DNA of 49,589 nt, counting the filler, from Streblomastix strix (Eukaryota), in NCBI GenBank assembly GCA_008636045.1. It is 3 parts of 3 records of this genome, joined end to end, with 100 filler letters (N's around TTAATTAATTAA, not from the genome) between each part and the next. Parts side by side here need not be neighbours in the genome. Positions count along the whole stretch, not along the records: positions 33,131 to 49,589 come from SNRW01000807.1; 2 more parts are not named here. One strand, given 5' to 3'. The notes under the pieces were generated by a model. That model had not been told where the DNA came from. It ran no database searches and saw nothing but the letters and a program-made list of their open reading frames with translations. Shown here piece by piece: positions 38,040 to 49,589 of this stretch; the stretch's first letter is position 1, and each line of letters starts with the position of its first letter. The position numbers were made by a program, and so were the translations under genes.

Positions 38040-38700
38040 TCAAGGTAATAATCATATGGTCCTCTAATGGATTTGATTAGTAAGAATAAAGATATTTAAT
38101 TCAAGAAAATGTATATAGGTCGCTTTATTGTGTGGAAAAACCCATTTGAAAAAATGGAAGAAAAATAAAAAGAGTAAATATGCGAATTGGTAGGGAATAG
38201 AAGGAGATATTTATAGTGATAAATTTCCAGAGTTTGTTGTTCGTGATGATAGAGGATATATTCAATCAGCTGATGGACTTAGAGTTACAGTTCCAATTAA
38301 GCGTCAAAGAGTGACTAAATATTTCAATGAAAATCCAACTAAAGCGGAAATCTAATAGAAGCATTATAACTAATTGAAAGAAGATAAGCCAGCAGAAAGT
38401 TATAGACATTTCAACAAACATTGTCTATCTCCATTCTTGAAAGAACATGGCTATACAGTAGCTTAAGTATATTCAGTCATTGGAGGTAGAATATTGAAAG
38501 GTGTAATTGCTCCATGGATATTGTAATATTATGATAAATCATATTAAGAATAATATTTATTGGAGGTGATGCTACATCACTATCAATGTATAAGAAATTG
38601 ATTAAAGCAATAAAATTAGCATATAATCAATATTTCTTAACTGATTAAAGTTAGTAAAGAGATAATTTGATGATGAGATTAATTTAATTAGTTTTTACAG
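38040..38700 (+). pseudogene. Intronless decayed ORF of unknown function, co-oriented with the helicase relic
   Basis: ...YANWQGIEGDIYSDKFPEFVVRDDRGYIQSADGLRVTVPIKRQRVTKYFNENPTK...GVIAPWILQYY, with frameshifted ends. Confidence 0.45.
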
Positions 38701-38769
38701 GATTTTGGAATGGAGATTTAAGTGAAATTCCTGATGATGTAAATATTAATATGCGTTGATGCTCATAAT

Positions 38770-39400
38770 CATTTGGTGTGGATGAATGTTGCTATTTTTA
38801 TACGAAAAATCTTAAGTTCCAAAATTTTTGTACACAATCTCTAATAATGTTGCTGAATAACTCTTCTTCTAGTTTCTTACCATTTTCTGTCATAAATATC
38901 TTATAAAAAGCTTCTTCAAAACTACATCCATCATCTTATTCAAATGCTCCTTCTTCTATATTAATATTTATAAGAAAAAAATTTAAAATTCGTATGAAAA
39001 TGAAATGATATCTTCAATAAAAACAATTGAATCCACAATTAATCTCTTAATAAAATCTACAATTTTAGTTGGAAACTTAACTGTGTTAAAAAAATATATT
39101 AAATTAAAAAAATTAATATTTAAAATTAATAAAGACTTGTTCTCTTTTGATTTTTACATGAAATCTTCGAACGATGCCGTAGAAAAGATATAATAATTCT
39201 CAAATGAAGAGAAGGAATCCCCAACTTTCCACTAATTTTGTGGCGAATATCGCTTGTTTTCTGAAGATTTTCTGTAGCTAATCAATAATCTGCTGTTCCT
39301 CGTTTCCCAGGGGGTAATTCGTCCATTTCCTCTCTGTGATCTCCACCAGATTTTGAAATAGCTGCTCGTATGACGAATAATTAAACATCATTATCTCTAT
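38770..39400 (-). pseudogene. Degenerate hypothetical gene fragment
   Basis: Exon-like blocks separated by AT-rich introns, with an in-frame TGA. No recognisable domain. Confidence 0.3.
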
Positions 39401-40281
39401 TTAAGGATTTCTATATTTCTTTTACTATTATTTGAGTTTTTATCCTACTTCTTTTCTTGCTCTTTTTGTCATTTTTTTATAGGACAATATAAAATAATAA
39501 AAAATATTGATTTTTATTTAAATTTACATTTACGATAATTACTATTAAAATGACATTTATACCTTAAAAGAATTTTAAGAACTTATAGGTTGAAAAATAT
39601 ATAGAAATATTAAAGAAGAAAGAAAAGACTGAAAGTAATTTTAATAATAAAATTTAATTTTTTAATAAATAAAATTTAATTTAAAAAAATAAATTTTATA
39701 AATTAAAAAAAATTATATTCATATTGGAATATTAATAACAATTTTTAGAAACGGAAAATGTTTAATATTTTTGACTTAAAGTGATGGATAGTATGGAATT
39801 AATATTAATGAAATTATACATATATTTAAAATATTTCAGGAATTGCAAAGAGGTTCACAGAGATAAGGTTCCCATTGAAATTTTGAATTTGAACTAAAAT
39901 TTTCGAATTTCATAGTTATTTTTATTGATAATTATATATAAATTCATACTATATTTAATTATAATTAATCTATATTAGATTACTATTTAACTCATTAAAG
40001 AAAATTTTAATTTATTAAAATCCAATATTTAACCGAATTGAATAGCGTATATTTCATAGAAATATATATATATTAATAAATTTATATTTTATTTTTTAAT
40101 TATACACATATGCATATTACTTATATATTTATTTATTACAATTCAATAATTTGTAATTATTTTCTTAATTGTTTATTTTTCTCTTAAATCATGAAAATTT
40201 TTATTCATTTGAATATTAAATTTATTTTTATTATTAAACTGCATTCATAATATTATGATAGTTACAATTATAAATGCTCAG

Positions 40282-40793
40282 ACTGCCATTATAAGAATAG
40301 TCTCTTAACTTCTAAGAGGTGCGAGTAGTCCAATTACCAATTCTGATTAATGCTCTTACAAAGCTACAACAGGATTACTCGCATACCTGCATACTGATGG
40401 GACATTCGCTATTTTCATTTTCCTGATAATGAAGGATTGGCTGGAAAGATAATCCAAGACAAAGGCTGATTACTTCATGCATATGATATTGGCGAAGTTG
40501 ACTTGCAGCTCTTCCACTTTTCACTATATAAAGCTAAACTGTTGGATGCGAATTAAAGATTGCTTTTAGAAGTAACTTATCAGACATTTAAAGATGCTAA
40601 TATTACACTGCTTGAAATGAATGCATCAAGAAAAGAAGTATTTTTTAATCTTTTATTCATTTTTTTCATTTGAAATTTCATTATCATAATTCAGTGTTGT
40701 CTGAATCTCAGCAATTATTATTCATACATATATTTCCCTGATATTAATACAATTGATGCTCACCCATGAACAGGAACATTCCTCAATTCAACG
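40282..40793 (+). pseudogene. N-terminal part of a type I PKS/FAS ketosynthase domain, decayed
   Basis: TAIIRIVSQLLRGASSP / F*LMLLQSYNRITRIPAY*WDIRYFHFPDNEGLAGKIIQDKG*LLHAYDIGEVDLQLFHFSLYKAKLLDANQRLLLEVTYQTFKDANITLLEMNASRKE / VV*ISA...IDAHP*TGT follows the KS consensus order (IAIIG..LPG..FW..IP.DRWD..GK..GGFL..FD..FF..DPQQRLLLE..VFVGIS..TG). Confidence 0.78.
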
Positions 40794-41478
40794 GTAATTG
40801 TCAGTGGAGGATCAGAAGGTCAAGTGCGTTTGTAGAAGCTTGGTCGTGATAGTCAATAGCTTGTAGCTACTTTGAAGAAGCGTAATATGCCTGTGACAGC
40901 TTTGCGTGTAATATAGGATGATCTTGAATGTGTGAATAGTGGATCTGGTGGTAAAATACTAACATGGGTATTTTCATTATTATACAAAGAATTACAAATA
41001 TTTACCATTTTATTAAATCATTTTTCTCTATTTTACATTTAATTCTACAATTTCTGATTATTTATAATGTAAAAATACTACAATCATAGTTTTTTTTACA
41101 CGCCACAGCTGTCTTAAGCAAATGATCAACACTGCAAACTTCTAAGGTATTAATTATTTGCCTGACAACTCACAATTCATTGCATGTAGATCAGATCGAT
41201 TTGCAACATATTTTGATGCATTTGAAGGAAAGAAATTACGTGAAGTTGAACTATCAGATAAAGAGCTCTTTAATATTGCTGTGGATCCAACTTGGATGAT
41301 GCTTGCATTGGTTGGGGCAGATAAATTAGTAAAACTAGTTGACTATGATGATGGAAAAAAGACATTTATCGGACATTGACATCCAGACTCTATTGCACGT
41401 GTGACATGATCAACAGATGGAGCGCATATTGTGTCAGGTAGTACTGATGATAGCATCTTCATATGGCAGATTCCATGA
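40794..41478 (+). pseudogene. CFAP52: C-terminal part of a CFAP52/WDR16-like WD40 flagellar protein, decayed
   Basis: VSGGSEGQVRL.KLGRDSQQLVATLK...SDRFATYFDAFEGKKLRE...GADKLVKLVDYDDG...IVSGSTDDSIFIWQIP-TGA, with in-frame TGAs. Confidence 0.72.
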
Positions 41479-42519
41479 AAAGCTTTTTTTTTACCATAAT
41501 TTTTCAATAATTTCAATAAAATAAAATAAATCATAACTAAACTACATTTTTCTTACTTGGATTTATTTATAATGTTGAAATGAGCTTCGCCTGTATCTCT
41601 ATTAATATTTTCTGAAATCTCTGGATAGCCGAATGATGAATCGTTCCAGCTGGGTTTTGATTCGTTTTATACCTCAAAGTATCTTCATTTCTTGTGGATG
41701 AGATTACACATAATCTTAAAAATAATATTATAGAAAAATAGTAAAAATCAAAAATAAATATATAAAATTAAACAAATTGATAATTAAAACATGAAATATT
41801 TATTAATATCTCAAGAAAAAAGGGATTTGAAGTGAATATTATATAATGACATTTAAACTTTTAAATATGTAAATTAATGTGAAATTTAAGTTTAAATAAA
41901 AATTAAACATAAAAATATCTATGTATAAAATAAAATCCATAAACATTAAATTATAAAATAATGAGAAATTTAAGAAATCAATAAAAAAAAGAAAATTGCT
42001 AAATATTACATATAAAAATAAGAATTGTTTAAATAAAATAATAAATAATAATTTGTTAAATATAGCTGAATGTATTTTGAAACAAATTGGTTTAAAAAAT
42101 TTTACTTTATTTTTAAAGAAATTCCTAAATGGTGCCTAAAATTTTGAGCAATTTTTACAGCAAATTTTATTCTTGATAATTATAATTATTATAATCTGTT
42201 GTTGCTTTTAAAATTTTTTTTAAAGAATATTATTATAATTATCACTTTTGTGGATTTTGCGGAATTTTGAAAACCCAACTCCATATTTGAATTCAATCAA
42301 TAATGCGACAGATTAACAATATGCGACGCTACAATGTGCAAAAGCAGTGAAATAAAAATATGGTTGCGATGGCCGAATTGTTGAGTGTAATCTTATCAAA
42401 TTTTTGATCATTATCTATAAAAATTCATTTCATAGTTTCCATGCTTATTACCATCAATAGTGTAACTATCCAGATATAACAGAAAACTGCGTATAGGCCC
42501 AAGCACGGAGTTAGAATAT

Positions 42520-43232
42520 AAGTTACGAAGACAAAGTCCATAAGTTCTTCACAGCTTCTGGAATTATAATGATGATCCTATGAAACCTGAACGCTTAATT
42601 CTCTATCATAGCTCGATCAATGCTTGAATAAAAATCTGTTAACCTTAATAAAGTTGTTACGACATTAACATTTTCTTTTGAGATAGAGGTGAAGTCTTCA
42701 ATTTAACTTCTATAATGATTGTTTGTAGTAATTCATTAATGATGGTTTGGCCAATAACAATTCTTTCCATTTCTGAAAAACGCAGAGAATGGATTAAGAT
42801 GAATAATGCTGCTATCTTTGATTGCAAATCCGTCCAAGTCAGCTGTGAATCAGCTGGTAAACTGCTCAAATACTAGAAAAGAATGTTCACATTCAAAGTT
42901 TTGGAATATTTTGGTTTTGAAGGATTAATTCTTTAAATGCCTCTGGATACTAATGATATTAAATGACTCTAGCCCAGTTGCACCCCAGAATGAAGACCGA
43001 TTATGGAAGATACTTCAGATCTCATGTTAAGTATAGCTGATTTGCTTTAACTTAGTGAAGCACAATTCGACATAGCATCAGCCAGATCTCTTAGATCATC
43101 CGACGTAGGATCCACACCATTTTCATTATACCATTTCGCCCATATCCTTAGTTAGGAATTATAAGAATTCATTGTTGATGGGGCGAACGCAACACGGAGC
43201 CATTCCGAAGTGGCTTATCTCACATTCAGCAT
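42520..43232 (-). pseudogene. Tyrosine recombinase of element 3, internally deleted
   Basis: MLNVRQATSEWLRVAFAPSTMNSY...PKYSKTLNVNILFQYL...KIAALFILIHSLRFSEM. The C-terminal catalytic half is disrupted. Confidence 0.72.
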
Positions 43233-45150
43233 GTCGATTAAGGAATCGGCGGGTCTATGTTAAACAGCCTGGTTACTTGACAACCTGGAGGCATCTAAGC
43301 TTTTTCCGCTTCTTAGAGAATTCCTAGAGTACAACAATCCTTTGTTTGAAAATAGTCGACTTAGACTGTACAATTTTGTTCCAATGTTTCCCTCGATATT
43401 AGTGTTGTCCAATCAGGAGCAATTAGCAGTGCTTTGGTTTTCTCCCTGATGATCTTCTCTACATCTTCTGAGATGAGAGTTACTGGTGGGAACATGTAAT
43501 ACATGGGATTGTTTGTCCAATGTTGCGTCATTGCGTTCACTGTTTCTGCTTTAGAATCTTTTTTCTAAGAGATGAAAGCTTTTTTTTGACTATTACTTTG
43601 ACTTGCATATATAATAATTTCTGGATTATTCTGTAATTATTAGCTTAAATCTCTAAAAAGATTTTTATTCATCATATAATCCGAACCATCTCTATTTCTA
43701 GAAAGATTATCTACTTCCTAATTAAGCTCGTCGGGGATCTTTAAAGCATAAAATCTCCAGTTATTATCTGTTGCCATTTGTAGAATTGACTTTAGTACGA
43801 GATTGAAGGAGATGCTGCTCGATCTACGCTAGATATCTGCTACTGTTACTTAGTTATCTGACTGAATTAGAACGTTATGAACATTTCAATTTAATAGATT
43901 CTGTTTAAAATCCTCCAATGATTGTAATACAGCCATCATTTCCCTATTATTACTTGAAAGCATTTGGATGTCAATTTCTAAAATCTATGAAGCGAACTTC
44001 TCTTTATTTATTTCCAGAGTTGCTCCTAACCCTTTTTTACTTGCATCTGGTGTAATCTTAGCCTCCACATTGAAAGGAGCGATGACAAATTGGAATGGAA
44101 CTTTCAGTCTATTATTCCACCATTCCAATCCCAAAATCTCCATTTCCCTTAGTAAGGCTGCTAGATTCCATTCCCCTTAATTCAGCAGCTAATCTTTACT
44201 TTTCACATGGTTTCTAGACCAAACTAAAGCTAGCTGGTCGCAAATTCAGAGAGATTAGATGGTACTTACCAACTTAACTAATGAGTTAGCAGCAGTTTTA
44301 ATTCCCTTTTTATTATTGTTTAATCTGTCTCTAACCGATTTTCTCGCACTTTAAACCCTTTTAAGTGAAGGAGATACTGTCATTTGAGTTGAGTCACAAT
44401 CTAATCCAAGGAATTTGAACTATTGAACCGGAATCAACTTCGATTTTTCCCATAATATTGTTAATCCCAACTTGATAAACAGTTGCATCACTTTCTGATC
44501 ACCTTTAGTTGCATTTTCAATTGTTGAGAATTGAAAGAGGAAGTCGTCTAGGTAAGCAATGACTATCATCCGTGGGCGCAAGCGTGCCGTAACTCTATGT
44601 ATAAGATGCGTAAACGTTCTCGGGGCTGCAGCAAGCCAGAAACACATTGCTATTTGTCAAAAATTTTAGCCTTTGTGGCAGAAACCGAACCATCTTCTCG
44701 AATCCTTTGACATCAGTACTTGACTGTATGCGTGTTTTAAGTCGATTATTATAGAAAAATCGTTTCTTCTAAGATCTTAAATCAATTTTCTGCAATTATC
44801 CATTTTTAAAGTGGTCCGGGACTGTGCAAGAGTTAACTGTGTGGCAATCCACCAACTTATGGTATTCCCAGATTCTTTTTGGATCAGAAAGATGATGTTG
44901 TACAACTGGATCTCCGCATCTGAGGATTTATCGATTGTTCCATCCTTCAATTTTTCTAATATTAACTTAGCCATCTCTTTAGCTTCTATTATTGATCCGA
45001 TCAATGCTACTGGGTATCCTCTAGACCTTGGTTTTTCTGAAGTCCATTAGATATTAAGACCTTCTCCAAGATCGAAAACCAAACCGAACCTATTCCATCT
45101 CTCCTTGTATTTTGCCAAACATCCTCCAAGCGGAATTTGTTCCCTCTCTT
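43226..45150 (-). pseudogene. pol (RT-RNase H-MT) of element 3
   Basis: IDLKHAYSQV, LAAAPRTF, IAYLDDFLF, PDASKKGLGA, NNREMMAV, IQSDNQV, YMFPP and LIAPDW. Confidence 0.85.
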
Positions 45151-47413
45151 ATTCCTAGCGATATTGCATTAAGCCTAGAAAGTAATTTAGAGGTAGAAAC
45201 TCCCCTTCGCTCATTTTCTGGCCTCTAAAATCCTCCCTTTGAGATCCCAGAGGCATTATCATATCGCTATTGTCAAATATGATACACAGGCTTATCACAT
45301 TCTTGCGAATATGCAAAATTTTATCCTCCTCTTCTGTTATTATTATATGGATGATATCCATAGGTTCTGCTTTGATTCTAAGGATAATTTTGTCTTTTAG
45401 CTGGCTATCTATCAGAGTTCCAATGATTATGATCAAATGGCCACTAGTTAACGCAAGATTTGGACTAAAGAGCAAATCCACAAGCCTGTGGTCTACTGGA
45501 CCATGATCCAAAACGCCAATTAATCTCCCTACTTGACTCATTAATGTTTTAGCGAATTTATTGCAACCTTTATCTCCAGCTCTCAGTTTTTACCTTAGCT
45601 GACTATCTTCCAATTGCTGCTTCCCGCATTCTCTCGATCTCTGCGAATATTTTCATTGCTTTTAAAGTCACTAGTTAGACCCCATCTTGCAGCTCATTAG
45701 AACTCAAAGACGCAATTCCAAATCTTATTGAATTAAATACTTTCTAACCAAGAAGACTCATAGAGTGATCATGAGCTTTCATCTAGATTGATTTTGATTT
45801 GGTAAGTATCGATACAGCATCCTCAGGGCGTCTAACCTAAGGAGTCTTCTTTATCAGAGTTCTTAAAGCCTCCTATTCACCTGGATACCATGCAAACCTC
45901 GGTAATTTCTCGATTGGTGCTAGGAAAGAATCTTATTCGAAATCCGAATGACCTTCAGGATAATATTAATCTTCATTTGCAAGCTGATCTTACAAACCAT
46001 CTTAGCGAAAATCGTCTTATTCTTCATTATTTTTCTCAAACTAGGCAGATTTCAACTAGAAATGAAATGAGTGAGAGTGAATTGTCTTGCGTATATCATC
46101 CTGCACATTTATTCGGGACGGTTGCGGTCCCAATGACGATGAGCGGACAATCGGTCTACTTAAAGTTAACGGCTGACCTCCAGTTACCTCCTAGAACGAG
46201 ACTTGCCTCGGTACTTTCCTTGAATAAAAGGCTGGTATAAACTTCCCAGAGCCAGATGACGATTCTACAGGAGCTTCCATTTACTGCTACTCCTTGCCTC
46301 GTAATAGTTGCATATGTCTCGCGAAGTCTAATCATGTAAACTGCTGAATTATACCTCCTTCGATTGGAACTAAGTATCTTGCCCACGAATCACTCGACGT
46401 ACTAGATAATGCATCAAATGTCATCATACATTTTAATAAATGTAGACATGCTGGTAGAACAGGCAGCAAGAACTGAGGCAAGCTAATTTGCATAAATTCC
46501 GCCATTTTCTGCTCGTCATTCGAAGCCGCTACTTTAAGAATGGTCAGAAAAGAATTCCTGAATCCCGACATTTCTTTCCAAATTGCCGCACGAGGGTATT
46601 CTTACATAGGAAACAGAAGTAACGAATACTCGCCGCAAAGGGACCTTTTGTTAACAACGTTTTTGCCAGCTTATCAATATTACCTATTTATAGCCTTTTT
46701 GGCAAAATTTTATATTTATTTATTAAGCGAAGTAGTACATAATACAACGTCATATCTCATTCACATCAGAAAGCGGGGCTTTCCGACTATAGCTCCAGAC
46801 CCTCTCCTGAGTGGTGATAAATATGGACTCACAACAGGAGATCCAGCAGAAAAATAGACGAAGTGCTATTTAAAAAATGTAAAGTGGGTGAGAAGAGAGC
46901 CAGCAAGAGAAACTCCCCATAAACAAATGGTGTGTAAGTGTAAAAAAAAAGACTATGCAGTTAAGCATAGAAGTTCTCGCGTCGAACAAAAAAAATTAAA
47001 GTTAAATTAAAAACGTTAATTTAACAAAATAAAAGTAAATGTTAAAGTTAAAACTGGTTAAAATATTGAATAAAATACTTAAATATTAAAAAAAAGTAGC
47101 CAATAAATTAAAAATATGCTTGTTTTTCATGTTTCGAATTTTATCAGCGAACGGCGTGAGCATATCCACCCATGAATGATTGCTGGCATTTCATGCCCAC
47201 TAACTTGTTAGATACCTTTGTCAACAGTTCATCTCTTTATTTGTCAATGTTGCATGATGGCATTTCCAGAAGATTGATAAAGATGATGTTATAAAGAAAA
47301 TATATGATACATAAAGTGCAGTGATCGATTCACAAACACCACATAGTGTTTGGATTAAAGTAAAAAACTACATGAATCCATTTCTATAGAGTTTTAGACT
47401 GATGGGTGGGACC

Positions 47414-47512
47414 AAGGCGAAGTTGTTGTATATTATTATACATCCTCTAATTGCCAATAGTTCCATTTTGGCAATTGAGGAGTGTATATATTATATCCAA
47501 CAACTTCACCTT
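47414..47512. repeat. Long imperfect hairpin (~45-bp arms), probable ICR of a fourth DIRS remnant
   Basis: AAGGCGAAGTTGTTGTATATTATTATACATCCTCTAATTGCCAA (47414-47457) is inverted against 47468-47512, right at a YR stop codon. Confidence 0.8.
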
Positions 47513-47780
47513 TATTGAGTACTTGAAATTGGATTACATTCCACTTGGCCTCGTGTATCAGATAGTTTCGTTGCTATTTCATTATCTTTTAATTTTTCTG
47601 CAAATATACAGCACCCATTTGTTGATTTTGAATTTCTAGCAAGTCCCATTTATGTGTTTAATAACGTTTCGTCTAGACACATTACTACTAGTTATGTTGC
47701 TGCTGAGTGTCTAAATGAATATACTTGTTTCCCTTTTATACCCATCACGTTTAGTATCTCTTCTAATTTCAGTGAAATAA
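47506..47780 (-). pseudogene. C-terminal fragment of a DIRS tyrosine recombinase (element 4 remnant)
   Basis: ISLKLEEILNVMGIKGKQVYSFRHSAATQL...LARNSKSTN..IFAEKLKDNEIATKL...STQQR-TGA parallels the element 1 YR tail. Confidence 0.8.
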
Positions 47781-47789
47781 CATTTTATA

Positions 47790-48091
47790 TCAATTCTGGA
47801 TTTGCATAAATATTATCTCTTTTGATTTGTAAATGCGGTGGAGAAAGAGATTCAACATACGTAAAAATCAAAGAAACTATAAAAGCCATTGTTGAATGTT
47901 ACAATAGATTTCTCTATATTGATGATTAATAAAAGGCCATTAAAGCTATGGATGAGCAGTTAGAGTTAGAAGGAGTTATAGAGGAAGTTGAATCCATCGT
48001 TTTATTGAAAGATTAGGAACTGAAGAAGGAAGCTTTGTCGTTCAAAAAAGAAATCCAGAAAATATATAAAAAGGGAAGGTGGAATAATTGA
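47790..48091 (+). pseudogene. 3' fragment of an ARM-like family gene
   Basis: GFAQILSLLICKCGGERDS...MDEQLELEGVIEEVES...WNN-TGA. It begins abruptly at the YR remnant. Confidence 0.45.
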
Positions 48092-48341
48092 TGAAGTTGA
48101 GGAAGAAGATTCAAGTTGGATCTTTTTGTAGAAATAAGTATGAACTAAATTACTAATTCAAGGTGTTTGGAATTGTTTAAATAAAATATTTCAATAAAAA
48201 AATCTATTATATTATTGTATTAATGAGTGTATGTTTTAAATTTATTGCTTATAAGAGCACTTATTAGTAACAAAGCAGTAATGGCGTGAGTTAAAACTCA
48301 TGTCATGATCTTATAATGAATCGCTGCTCCATTTTGTTAAT

Positions 48342-49589
48342 TCACTCTGGAATAATGAATCCACCCTTCTAAATCTCTGTGCGATTGACTAATTATTTAA
48401 ATAATTATATAATTTAATTAATAAATAAAATTAATTAATTCATTAAATAAATAGTTCATTGCATCTATTCATACCAGAGTTCTGAGCGAGATTCTTCAGA
48501 GCTTTTCTTGATTCTGTTCTTATCCAGTCCTATGGTTTGTTGGCAAGAGATTTCAGATGTTCAATGATCTGTAACTTCATTTCAGTATTTGTAACCTCCT
48601 GAGCACATAATAGATTCCCAATTATTACACTTAAACGATCTTTGATACTCTCCGTCCTTCGATCATGATCTTCTTCTGATTATTCTTATAATTCTTCTCC
48701 CATTTATTTCCTCATAAGAGTAATGACATTATATTTGTATTTTGGAAAATCATCGGTTTTATCATTCAGATTTCTTTAGAAAAGTTTGAAAAACTTCTCA
48801 ATTCCTCCATTTGTAGATATTTCTTCAAAATGAGGATGTTGAGATGTTATTGGAGATGATTCTGATCCAGATTTCACTAAATTTATGAAATATAGAACTA
48901 TATAATTTATACTTTTTTCATTTTAATGGTCCAACAAACGAAGAAAAGGTTGATATGGTTTCTTTGAAAACATGAGTTGACTAACTTCAATACTATATGG
49001 ATGAGTGAATGCATAAAAGGCAAGAATCTACTGGTCAGATATTGTCTCAAGATCTCGAGTTGCAAATATCTTCAACAATGCGTCTATAATTCCTGTTTAA
49101 ATCAAGCTCATACGAAGTTTATCATCAGATCTATTGAATAATAATGTAAATAGATATCTGCAATTATTATTTTCTTTTTTCTTTTTCTTATCTATTTCTT
49201 CTTCTGTCCCTGTAAGTGGTAATTGAAGGTCTCTTGCAATTTGATCAAATTATGTTTACTTTATGAGTTCTTCATGGTTCACTATAATTAATAATGCAAA
49301 TAAAAAATAGTAAATAATAAATATTTATATAAAATTTATTAATAATAACCACAAAAAATTAATTAAATAAACATATCATCATTTTGCGACAACTCCAGAA
49401 AAGGTACCAAAACAAATGCATTTGTTTCATCATCAGAATCATAGACCATCAATTTGAGATTTGCAACGATTCTCTGCCTCATTTATTAGTTCGATAATTC
49501 ACGATCTTTGAATAATATGAGAATAATATTCATTAATACAACTTTAGTTTATATTTCATAATCTTTATTCCTAAACAATTCCATGATCT
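48342..49589 (-). pseudogene. ARM/HEAT-like family gene (5'-truncated; probable frameshift and damaged splice donor)
   Basis: ...TGIIDALLKIFATRDLETI...KKPYQPFLRLLDH...QHPHFEEISTNGGIEKFFKLF...LKNLAQNS|VNRTEIQKGGFIIPE-TGA (48342). The donor near 49376 reads ATATGT instead of GTATGT. Confidence 0.65.

Larger units (their letters stand above)
42500..46990 (-). mobile_element. Degenerate DIRS-order YR retrotransposon 3 (no terminal repeats recognised; limits approximate)
   Basis: Gag-like region at ~45150-46900, then pol and YR in DIRS order. Confidence 0.8.

Noticed and set aside
46952..46969. Short hairpin CTATGC-N6-GCATAG near the 5' end of element 3
   Set aside because: Only a 6-bp stem with no matching copy found, so not enough to call a terminus.

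Overview
AT-rich, intron-containing eukaryotic DNA that uses a non-standard nuclear code: TAA/TAG = Gln and TGA is the only stop (NCBI table 6). The supplied standard-code ORF track is therefore mostly fragments or antisense shadows. The code, the 57-200 nt AT-rich introns and the expanded ARM-like gene family suggest a metamonad protist such as the oxymonad Streblomastix (inference). The window is three contigs of about 16.5 kb (1-16470, 16571-33030, 33131-49589) joined by artificial N44-TTAATTAATTAA-N44 spacers, so adjacency across the spacers means nothing. Mobile content: four DIRS-order tyrosine-recombinase retrotransposons (one complete with ITRs and an internal complementary region), a complete TA-flanked pogo-type DD35D DNA transposon whose transposase appears fused to an intron-split OTU deubiquitinase domain, Tc1 and pogo remnants, and a D5-like primase-helicase relic. 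Host genes: a 10-exon gene encoding a ~7-transmembrane domain fused to a Ser/Thr kinase, a 3-exon nitroreductase, a Pho80/PCL-type cyclin, a Cys-repeat surface protein, ARM-like family genes, and a decayed type I PKS/FAS ketosynthase fragment abutting a CFAP52-like pseudogene. The strongest novelty candidates are the pogo-OTU transposon, the 7TM-kinase and the PKS relic. All translations were done by eye and no database searches were run.
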